Below are positions 18,945 to 26,998 of a stretch of 64,000 bases of DNA, one piece after another (the stretch's first letter is position 1; each line of letters starts with the position of its first letter). Under the pieces are notes generated by a model. It did no database searches, was not told where the DNA came from, and saw only the letters and a list, made by a program, of their open reading frames with translations. The position numbers and the translations under genes were made by a program. Source of the DNA: an uncultured delta proteobacterium (GTDB taxonomy: Bacteria > Desulfobacterota > Binatia > Binatales > Binataceae); assembly GCA_963765675.1 (NCBI GenBank), contig CAVXXK010000005.1, positions 4,957 through 68,956 of the forward strand. The letters are read 5' to 3'.

Positions 18945-19802
18945 CTAACGCGCCGCCGATGCACCAACGGCTCGGGAGGGTCGTACAAGTCGTGAAGGAT
19001 CAAGCTGCGTGAGCGGTTGCCGCCTCTCGGGCTTTGAATAGGCGGGCACGGCCTGAACCTGGCTTCCGACCTGTGTTTGGTTCCCGTTTGTGCCGAAGTT
19101 CCACTTGTTCAGCAAAAGGTATTGCTTCCCGCTGCGGCTCAGCAGTCCTGCTTCGGCCATTTCTGCGACCAGGCGGCTGACCATTGGTCTCGAGCACCCC
19201 ATCATCTCAGCCAAATCCTCATGTGCGAGGTCAGGAATCAGGATGGTTCCGCGGGCATCCTTTACCCCGAACCGCAGCGCCAGATCGCTCAGCACCACCT
19301 CAAGGCGCTGCCAGAAAGGCAGGTTGAGCAGTGTCGCGAACCAACGAAGATTCTGTGACCAGAAGGTATTTAGCGCCTGCAGAATTTCCACCAGCACCTC
19401 AGGTTCCAAGCCGCGTAGCAGGCGCGCCACTTGGTCACGGTTGATCAGCGCCACCGTGCATTTGCTCGCGCTTTGCACCTCGAAGAGCTGCGCACGTCGC
19501 GCCTTGGTATCGATATAATCGGCGTAGCCGATCAGTTCACCAGGTCCAGCCAAGCGCACCAATGTGCGGTTGCCGTCAGCGACCGAGCAATAGACCTTGA
19601 CGAAGCCGCTGAGAACGCAACCGAACAGATCATTGGTCGAGCCCTCGCTCAGGACCAAGACGCCTTTCTCGAAATTGACCGCTAAGTTGCGCTCGACGAT
19701 TTCGTCCGTGAATTCGGCGGAGATACCCCACGTAGCAAGATTGTTCCGAAGATGGGAAAACGCGTCGGCATGCATGCGGTTTGGGTTTGAGTTCAACTTC
19801 AT
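18945..19802 (-). CDS. Crp/Fnr family transcriptional regulator
   Basis: It has a cNMP-binding-like beta-roll (LVLSEGSTNDLFGCVLSGFVKVY...LAGPGELIGYAD) and a C-terminal HTH (HEDLAEMMGCSRPMVSRLVAEMAEAGLL). The start is set at ATG 19802, which is preceded by the strong RBS GGAGGAGAGG. The track ORF extends to 19994. Confidence 0.85.
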   Translation of the reverse strand: MKLNSNPNRMHADAFSHLRNNLATWGISAEFTDEIVERNLAVNFEKGVLVLSEGSTNDLFGCVLSGFVKVYCSVADGNRTLVRLAGPGELIGYADYIDTKARRAQLFEVQSASKCTVALINRDQVARLLRGLEPEVLVEILQALNTFWSQNLRWFATLLNLPFWQRLEVVLSDLALRFGVKDARGTILIPDLAHEDLAEMMGCSRPMVSRLVAEMAEAGLLSRSGKQYLLLNKWNFGTNGNQTQVGSQVQAVPAYSKPERRQPLTQLDPSRLVRPSRAVGASAAR

Positions 19803-20409
19803 TTTCGCCTCTCCTCCAAGCGCGATTATTTCAATTTTGGCATTTCCACCTCCACCTCCACCTCGTTGGCTTAGAGCGCCTATAAATACCTTTGAATGCC
19901 TATCACTTCTATTAGCGGCCTTACGGCTGCACACTCTACCTCCGAACTGCTTTGTATGTCCACGGTTAACAGTGGCTCTTCGATACCGCAGCATTAAATA
20001 GATAGATTTAGCTCCCCGTGTGACTAAAGGTGACGATAATGAGTAAAGTAAATCCAGCCTAACGGATCGAGCCGGATAGTCAATGAAAAATTTACGTACA
20101 TCGTGACCATCAGACCTCAGAATTTAGTGAAATATGACAGAGGAATTAGCGTCATGTTTCGAAAAGAGCTCCTGTCGGCTCGAGCCTGTCATCGTCTTGG
20201 TCTCCTCTGCTTGAAGCGATTCTCCTCAGCTATCCGCTCGCGTCGCCTACGCCGCGCAGCGTAGCCCTCAAGCTCCATAAAGCCCGCAGCTTCATGGCGG
20301 ACTGCCAGACATTGGATCTCAACGGCGGGTATTGTTAAGGCAGAGGAGCAACGGCGATTTTTGCTCAAAGTAGCAACGCCGAACCCGTCCGGATTTGAAG
20401 GAGCCAACG

Positions 20410-20799
20410 ATGACGCCAGTTCCGAGCGGAACAGAACTCGCCCGCCCATTTATGCCGGCGAAAGACTTTGATCTCTCGAAGAACTTCTATGAGACGCTAG
20501 GCTTCGAAAAACTTCTCGACGGAGACGTGGCGATCTTCAGGGCCGGATCCAGTAGTTTCATCCTTCAGCGCTATTATCAGAAGGACTGGGCTGAAAACTT
20601 TATGATGCAGCTCATGGTTGACGATCTTGATGCCTGGTGGACGCACATTGAGCGGCTTGATCTGCCGGGAAAATTCAAGGTTAAGCCTCCGCGCGCCCCG
20701 GCTATGCAGCCATGGGGCCTTCGGGTCGCTTATGTTTTCGATCCGTCCGGAGTGCTCTGGCACATCAGCGAACGGCGCGATGGCGCAATACAGGACTGA
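20410..20799 (+). CDS. VOC (glyoxalase/bleomycin-resistance) family protein
   Basis: ~129 aa with the pattern FYETLGFEK...FILQ...MQLMVDDLDAWW...DPSGVLWHI, typical of the VOC fold. The ATG at 20410 is preceded by GAAGGAG. Confidence 0.7.
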   Translation: MTPVPSGTELARPFMPAKDFDLSKNFYETLGFEKLLDGDVAIFRAGSSSFILQRYYQKDWAENFMMQLMVDDLDAWWTHIERLDLPGKFKVKPPRAPAMQPWGLRVAYVFDPSGVLWHISERRDGAIQD

Positions 20800-20829
20800 C
20801 GACCTGGCGCTCGCGAGAGTCCTGCTGAT

Positions 20830-21099
20830 TCAGGTTCCGAATCTTTCTGCGGCGCGAGCCTTCGCTTTTGCGGCCTCTTCTTCGCGATTTCTCAAGGGTG
20901 CAGCGGTTTCGAGCGAGCGAAGGAGACGCGCCGATATCCCCGCGATTTCATCAACCGCAGTCAGGAAGGTGGCTTCGTTCGCCTTCGACGGTTTATTGAA
21001 GCCGCTGATTTTTCTCACGAACTGAAGCGACGCAGCACGAATCTCTTCAGACGTGACCGGCGGATCGAAATTGAAGAGGATTTTGATATTTCTGCACAT
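20830..21099 (-). CDS. DUF2277 domain-containing protein
   Basis: The 89-aa ORF begins MCRNIKILFNFDPPVTSEEIRAASLQFVRKISGF, the characteristic N-terminus of the DUF2277 family as I recall it. Confidence 0.65.
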   Translation of the reverse strand: MCRNIKILFNFDPPVTSEEIRAASLQFVRKISGFNKPSKANEATFLTAVDEIAGISARLLRSLETAAPLRNREEEAAKAKARAAERFGT

Positions 21100-21189
21100 T
21101 TCCTTCCCGCTCTCCGATGTCGCCTGCTATATCACCGATAGTGAATTAACGTCGATAGTGGAGCGCTGTGACGCCGGAGACGATACGCG

Positions 21190-22198
21190 ATGCGCAAGAT
21201 AAAGGTTGGTTACCAGCTCGATTTCCGCAATCCCCCCGGCTCGTCGATTCCATCCCCGGAGCTATACCGCGAGATGCTTGGACAAGTGGAAGCCGCCGAG
21301 GCGTTTGGGTTCGATTCGATTTGGCTGACCGAGCATCATTTCACCGACGACGGCTATCTGCCTGCGATGATGCCGGCGGCGGCAGCGATCGCCGCGCGCA
21401 CGCAGCGGATCACTATCGGCACGTTCGTGCTGCTCGCGCCGATGCAGCATCCGCTCAGGCTGGCGGAGGACGCGGCGGTGGTCGACGTGATCTCCAACGG
21501 ACGGCTGCGCCTGGGGATCGGGCTCGGCTACCGCGCGGAGGAGTTCGCGGGTTTCGGCGTACCGCGCGCCGAGCGTCTTGGCCGCACGCTGGAGACGCTC
21601 GAAATATTGCGCCGCGCATGGACCGGCGAGCGCTTCAGCTTTGAGGGCAAATATTTCAAGTTCGCTGATGTCCGGATACTGCCGCGCCCCGCAAGCCGGC
21701 CCTATCCCGAGTTGCTCTGGGGCGCGGGCACGGCGAAAGCGATTCGGCGCGCCGCGAAACTCGATTTGGGATTCGCGTGCGTAGGCGGCCGCCGCGAGAT
21801 CGGCATCTACCTCGACGCGTTAAAGGCCGAAGAACGCGATCCCTCGCGCTACAGCATCATCAACAGCAGAGTCGTCTATGTTGCCGACAGCGAGGCCGAG
21901 GCGTGGAACGATACGCGCGACGCGCTGATGTACCAGGCGGAGCTCTACGCCAAATGGCTCAGCGCCTCATCGGGTGCCGACCCGTCGCAGCGTGCTGATT
22001 CGCCCCGATCCGGAGCGACTCAAACGCACCAGTATTCTGGGGCCGCCAGATTTTGTGCTCCACCGTCTGGCCGAGATTGTCGATTCCGTTCCGATGACCG
22101 AGCTGAACGTTGCGATGCAGCTTCCGGGCCTCGATCCGGCGCGCGCGCGGCGCTCGCTCGAACGCTTCGGCCGCGAAATTCTCCCGGCGATGAAGTGA
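21190..22198 (+). pseudogene. LLM-class (luciferase-like) flavin-dependent oxidoreductase, reading frame interrupted near 21960-21995 (or assembly indel)
   Basis: The N-terminal 260 aa (FGFDSIWLTEHHF..., ISNGRLRLGIGLGY) are in the frame of ORF 21190. The family-typical C-terminus (RTSILGPPDFVLHRLAEIV...ERFGREILPAMK) is in the frame of ORF 21974..22198. The rest of the 427-aa ORF is low-complexity Arg/Ser/Pro read-through. Confidence 0.8.
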
Positions 22199-22221
22199 CC
22201 TGTCGCAACCGGGGAGGTCGC

Positions 22222-22390
22222 TCAGGCGCGAATCTTCTCGATCCAGGCGGCGAACCGTCGATCCGATCTCGACGATTTCGAGCCCGAGCTCCGCGGGCGC
22301 AAGCGCCGCGAGAGTCTTCGCAACCAGACGATTATACGAACCCTTGCGAAGACTCCCGACCAGCACTGCTACTTCCCGTCTGGCGCTCAT
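22222..22390 (-). pseudogene. NADPH-dependent FMN reductase remnant (internal deletion plus frame change)
   Basis: MSARREVAVLVGSLRKGSYNRLVAKTLAALAPAELGLEIVEIG matches the N-terminus of the family. A second frame then gives ...RRFAAWIEKIRA-stop, which resembles the family C-terminus. Only ~170 nt are available here, against the ~540 nt a full gene needs. Confidence 0.4.
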
Positions 22391-22402
22391 CGATCTCACC
22401 AG

Positions 22403-23368
22403 CTAGAACGAAAAGCGTTCGCCGACCATTTCTTCGCTCTTGCGCCATAGATCGTTCGCATGCGCGAGGTTGAGCGCATACGAGCGCACCCCGACGCGCG
22501 AGGTCGCGTCGTCATTCACCTCGCACACGTGGCAATCTTCGGCGTAGCGCCCGCCGACCGCGTCGGCAGGCGCGACGAAGCCGCTCCATACGGACGTAGC
22601 CGAGCCCTGAGGCACCGTCTTGAAACGAAATGTTGGCGTTCCGCCACTCGCACCCTGGTTTATTCTGGCCGTCAGTTGCTGGATAAGCTCCGGCGTGAGA
22701 TGCCGCCCGAGCTCGGTCTGGATTCCGCCCGGATGCAATGCGGTCGCGCGCACGCCGCGTCCTTTGAGCCTGCTGTCGAGAGCCACTGCGTACAGGATAT
22801 TGGCGGTCTTCGAGCGGCCGTACGCGGTAAACGGCTGATACTCAGTCCGCTCAAAATTTGGATCGTCGATATTGACGTCGCTCTGTTGATGACCCGCCGA
22901 GGAGAGCAGCACGATTCGCGCGCCCGGTTTCAGCAACGGCACCAGCCGGTTGACGAATACGAAATGCCCCAGATGATTGGTTCCGAATTGCGTTTCGAAA
23001 CCGTCGTGAGTCTTGCCCTTGGGGCACGCCATCACGCCGGCGTTTGCGATGATCACGTCGAAGGGTTTGTTGCGCGCCAACAATTCGCTCGCCGCCTTGC
23101 GCACGCTCGGGAGTGACGCGAGATCCATTTCGACCAGCTCGATCGGTTGATTCTCCGGCTTTTGCTTGAATGCTTCCGCGAGCGCGCGGCGCGCCTTGTT
23201 CAGATCGCGCGCCGTGCCCACCACCGTCGCGCCGTGCGCGACCAGCGAGCGCGCGGTTTCCACGCCCAAGCCAGCCGACACGCCGGTCACGAGCACGCGC
23301 TTGCCAGAAAGATTGACGCCCTCGAGGACTTCATCCGCAGTTGATTCCGCTCCAAAGGTTTTTGCCAT
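22403..23368 (-). CDS. SDR family oxidoreductase
   Basis: VLVTGVSAGLGVETARSL (TGxxxGxG), NAG and YGRSKTAN (YxxxK); 321 aa. Confidence 0.9.
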   Translation of the reverse strand: MAKTFGAESTADEVLEGVNLSGKRVLVTGVSAGLGVETARSLVAHGATVVGTARDLNKARRALAEAFKQKPENQPIELVEMDLASLPSVRKAASELLARNKPFDVIIANAGVMACPKGKTHDGFETQFGTNHLGHFVFVNRLVPLLKPGARIVLLSSAGHQQSDVNIDDPNFERTEYQPFTAYGRSKTANILYAVALDSRLKGRGVRATALHPGGIQTELGRHLTPELIQQLTARINQGASGGTPTFRFKTVPQGSATSVWSGFVAPADAVGGRYAEDCHVCEVNDDATSRVGVRSYALNLAHANDLWRKSEEMVGERFSF

Positions 23369-23593
23369 TCTGATTCTCCCAATTTCGAAATTCGTTGGAT
23401 GAAAGTGAACGCCGCCTCGTGACGCTCAAGCGATTCGCAGCAAGCCGCGAGGGGTTTCAATTCGCGGTTCCGTTTCGTGCGCCCAAGTTACAATACATGG
23501 CGCGATGCCTTAAGGGAGACAAGCCTGCGCGGCGCCCCCACCGCTGCGTCCGCGGTTTCTGATTATGCCGACATAAGTGGTAAGAAAACATTT

Positions 23594-24571
23594 ATGGAAA
23601 AGCGCAAACTTGGAACGCAGGGATTGGTCGTGTCGGCGATCGGGCTGGGATGCATGGGGATGTCACAGAGCTATGGAACGCCTGACGAGAATGAATCGAT
23701 CGCGACGCTGAATCGCGCAATCGAGCTCGGGATCGATTTCTTCGACACCGCCGACGTGTACGGGAACCATCACAACGAAGAACTGGTCGGCAAAACGCTC
23801 AAGCCCTTTCGCAGCAAGATCCAGATCGCGACCAAGTTCGGCAACGTCTTCGCCGACGGTAAGCGCAGTGTCAACGGACGCCCGGAATACGTGCGCTCAG
23901 CTTGCGACGGATCGCTTTCGCGCCTCGGCGTGGACCATATCGATCTTTATTATCAGCATCGCGTGGACCGCAACGTACCGATCGAAGAGACCGTAGGTGC
24001 GATGGCGGAGCTCGTGCGCGCGGGCAAGGTGCGGTACCTGGGACTCTCGGAGGCGTCGGCCGCAACTATCCGCCGCGCGCAGAAGGTCCATCCGATCACC
24101 GCGGTGCAATCGGAATATTCGCTATGGACGCGCGACTACGAGGACGACGTGATCCCCACCCTGCGCGAGCTCGGAATTGGGTTCGTTCCGTTCAGTCCGC
24201 TGGGGCGCGGGATGCTGAGCGCCACGATCCGCTCGATTGACGAGTTCGGCACCGGCGACATGCGCGCGCGGATCTCGCCGCGGTTCGAGCGCGAGAATTT
24301 CGAGCGCAATCTCGGTGTCGTAGATCGGCTGAAACAGATCGCTGACGAAAAAAGAATCACGCCGAGCCAGCTCGCGCTCGCATGGGTGCTCGCGCAGGGC
24401 GACGACATGGTGCCGATTCCGGGGACCAAGCGCCGCAAGTATCTGGAGGAAAATGCCGCGGCGGCGAGCGTGAAACTCTCGAAGAGCGATCTGGCGCGAA
24501 TCCAGGAAGTCGCGCCCAAAGGATTCGCCGCCGGCGACCGCTACTACGACATGCGCCCGGTTAATGTTTAG
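23594..24571 (+). CDS. aldo/keto reductase
   Basis: [24 protein letters not shown]..., [18 protein letters not shown] and [13 protein letters not shown] are classical AKR motifs. The start is trimmed to ATG 23594. Confidence 0.9.
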   Translation: MEKRKLGTQGLVVSAIGLGCMGMSQSYGTPDENESIATLNRAIELGIDFFDTADVYGNHHNEELVGKTLKPFRSKIQIATKFGNVFADGKRSVNGRPEYVRSACDGSLSRLGVDHIDLYYQHRVDRNVPIEETVGAMAELVRAGKVRYLGLSEASAATIRRAQKVHPITAVQSEYSLWTRDYEDDVIPTLRELGIGFVPFSPLGRGMLSATIRSIDEFGTGDMRARISPRFERENFERNLGVVDRLKQIADEKRITPSQLALAWVLAQGDDMVPIPGTKRRKYLEENAAAASVKLSKSDLARIQEVAPKGFAAGDRYYDMRPVNV

Positions 24572-24591
24572 TGGTTGAGGAGGTCTGTTTT

Positions 24592-24975
24592 CTGATCCCT
24601 CGCCCTGAAGAAACTGTCGATAAATGCCGAATTCTTGTCCGTCATCCTGAACGAAGGCTGCCCCTTTCGGCGTTGCTCAGGGCAGGCTCTGTGAAGGATC
24701 TCCGCGAAGCGATTAGTGCGAAGCCGTCGCGTTGGTTGCACTAATCGCTTCGCGGAGATCGTTCGCCTACGGCTCAGGATCACAACGGCGGCGGGTTTGC
24801 GAGAAAATCGACATCCTCCTGAAAGGGAGAGGTAAGGTGAGGGACCTTTTCCAGCGCGGCGCGAGCGCCGCGCGATCAAAAGATCAGAGCAGCACCCTCA
24901 CCCACGCGTCACGATGCTTGCGAAGAAAGCGCAAGCATCGCGCCGCGTCGCCCTCTCCCGGAGGGGAGAGGGTAT
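24592..24975. repeat. composite intergenic palindromic repeat element A (contains one copy of a ~155-bp unit, 24819-24975)
   Basis: It starts with CTGATCCCTCGCCCTGAA. The unit CTGAAAGGGAGAGGTAAGGTGAGGGACCTT..CAGCGCGGCGC.AGCGCCGCGCGAT ... CCCTCACCC.CGCGTCACGATGCTTGCGAA.GAA.GCGCAAGCATCGCGCCGC..GCCCTCTCCCGGAGGG recurs twice, in inverted orientation, at 39649-40072. Confidence 0.85.
24697..24760. repeat. perfect 23-bp inverted repeat (hairpin, 18-nt loop) inside element A
   Basis: GATCTCCGCGAAGCGATTAGTGC (24697-24719) is the exact reverse complement of GCACTAATCGCTTCGCGGAGATC (24738-24760). Confidence 0.9.
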
Positions 24976-25136
24976 CGAGCGAAACGGGTGCGATTTATTT
25001 TTCCGCGGATGCGAATGACGCTTCGCGTCGCCGACGGGCCGTCGGCATCCACTGGCAGACATAAGATGAGAGAGCCATCAGGACCGGCGTCGCGCCGGTC
25101 TCTCCTGAGCGTCGAGCGACATAGAATCCGCAATAG

Positions 25137-26883
25137 CTACTTCTTCGTGAAGGCGAAGTGTTCGTCCATCCGGACCTGCACCTCGGTCAGATGGTTGCAA
25201 TACTGGAAGAAGCCGCCGTTGTAGTTGCCATCCTGACGGCGCTGGAACTCGCCCTCGAAGTTGTAGTAGCCGGGAGTGCATTCCTGGTTGCGATTGGTCT
25301 TGCCGCGATGCTCGATCACTTCGCCGACCCACCATTCCTCGGCCTGCGGAGTCGCATCGAGCGACTGGTAGCCGTGGCGGCGCGCGTAGTCGATGCACGC
25401 GGCGATATGATCGCCCTGCGCCTGCAGCATGTCGGTCAGGTTGAATTGGAATGAAGCCTGGTAGCCGCCCATGATGAAAAGATTCGGATAGCCCTGCGAA
25501 TGAATTCCCAAGAGCGTGCGGATACCCTCGCGATACTTGTCGTTCAGCTCGAGGCCGTTCTCGCCCCTGATCTGATTGTAGATGCCGGTCTTCTGCACCT
25601 CGAAGCCGGTCGCGTAGATCAGGACGTCGAGCTCGTACTGCTTGCCCTCGAACACCGGACCCTTTTCGGTGATCTCGGTGATCCCCTTGCCGTTCGTGTC
25701 CACCAGATGAACGTTGGGCCGGTTGAAGGTCGGCAGGTAGTCGTTATGAAAGCACGGCCGCTTGCACATCAGCATGTACCACGGCTTGAGCGCCTCGGCG
25801 GTGGCTTTGTTTTTCACAATCGAATCGATGCGCTGATGGATTTTCATCATCGCTTCGATATTCGCGTTCTCCTGGCGGCGAATCTTTTCCTCGGGCGACA
25901 TCGCGGCCTGCTTGGCGCGCTGCTCTTCGCTTAGCTGCGGCGCCATCCGGGCGCGTTCGCGCCGTCTCGTCTGCCATCCGGGAGGAAGCCTCCGCGCCCA
26001 GTTGGGATCGGTCGGCCAATCGTCGCGAACGTCGATCGATGACGGCGTCCGCTGGAACACGTACAGCTCCTTGGCCGCCGCGCCGAGGCCGGGAATCGCC
26101 TGGACCGCCGTCGCTCCGGTGCCGATGATGCCGACGACTTTGTCTTCCAGTCCCGAGAGATCAGGCTTGGTGTAGGCGTAGTCCCATCGCGAAGTGTGAA
26201 AGGAATGGCCCTTGAACGTTTCCAGGCCTTTGATCTTCGCGAGCTTCGGCTTCGAGAGAGTGCCGTTGGCGCAGATGACGAACCGCGCTTTCATCCGATC
26301 GCCACGGTCGGTCGTGAGGTTCCACATCTGCTCGGTGGGATCCCACACGGTCGAGGTCACGGTAGTCTGAAAAGTCGCCAACTCGTAGAGATTGTATTTT
26401 CGGGCGATCGCCTGGCAGTGCGCGAAGATCTCCGGGACCCTTGGCGTAGTGGTCCTTCGGCACGTAGTCGAGCTCGTCGAGCAGCGGCAGGTAGTCATAC
26501 GCGACCACGTCGCACGCCACGCCGGGGTAGCGATTCCAATACCAGGTGCCGCCGACGTCAGCGCCGCGCTCGACAATCCTGATGCTCTCGACGCCACGCT
26601 CACGCAGCCGCGCGGAGGTCAGCAGCGCCGAGAATCCGCCGCCGATAAACAGGACCTCGACGGTATCGTTGATCGGCTCACGCGGCTTGATCTCGCCTGC
26701 GTATGGATCGACTTCGTACTTGGACAACGCACCGCTGAAGTCCGACGTGTACTGCGCGGTGCCGTCGGGACGATAGTTCAACCTGAGGTCGCGTTCCTCG
26801 GCGAACTTCCGCTTGATCTCGTCGTAGAATTCCTGCGGCCGCGTGGGTCTGGCCGCGAGCCCGATAGGCTTTTCCTGCGCCAT
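25137..26883 (-). pseudogene. Baeyer-Villiger (flavin-containing) monooxygenase, frame interrupted at ~26432 (or assembly indel)
   Basis: The N-terminal part (ORF 26161..26883) has FIGGGFSAL (GxGxxG) and [20 protein letters not shown]. The C-terminal part (ORF 25137..26603) has the BVMO fingerprint [12 protein letters not shown] and a second [11 protein letters not shown]. The junction reads ...HYAKGP / EIFAHCQ.... Confidence 0.88.
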
Positions 26884-26998
26884 GTATCTACTCTCCGTGC
26901 GTGGTGGTCATTGCGATGCTTTCAGCAGTGGTCAATGCCAACGAACCCCTTCCGATCGCAGCTTGCCACGAGATCGGGGCGATTTTCCAGCGCGCCCT

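Noticed and set aside
21959-22399. Full 146-aa minus-strand ORF as an intact FMN reductase.
   Set aside because: Only the first ~45 residues resemble the family. The rest overlaps the LLM C-terminal coding region and is non-homologous read-through. It is reported instead as a short deletion remnant.
24568-25133. ORFs 24568-24879 (minus), 24732-25064 (plus), 24909-25133 (minus) and 24988-25224 (plus).
   Set aside because: They lie inside repeat element A and its hairpin-rich tail, with no coding features.
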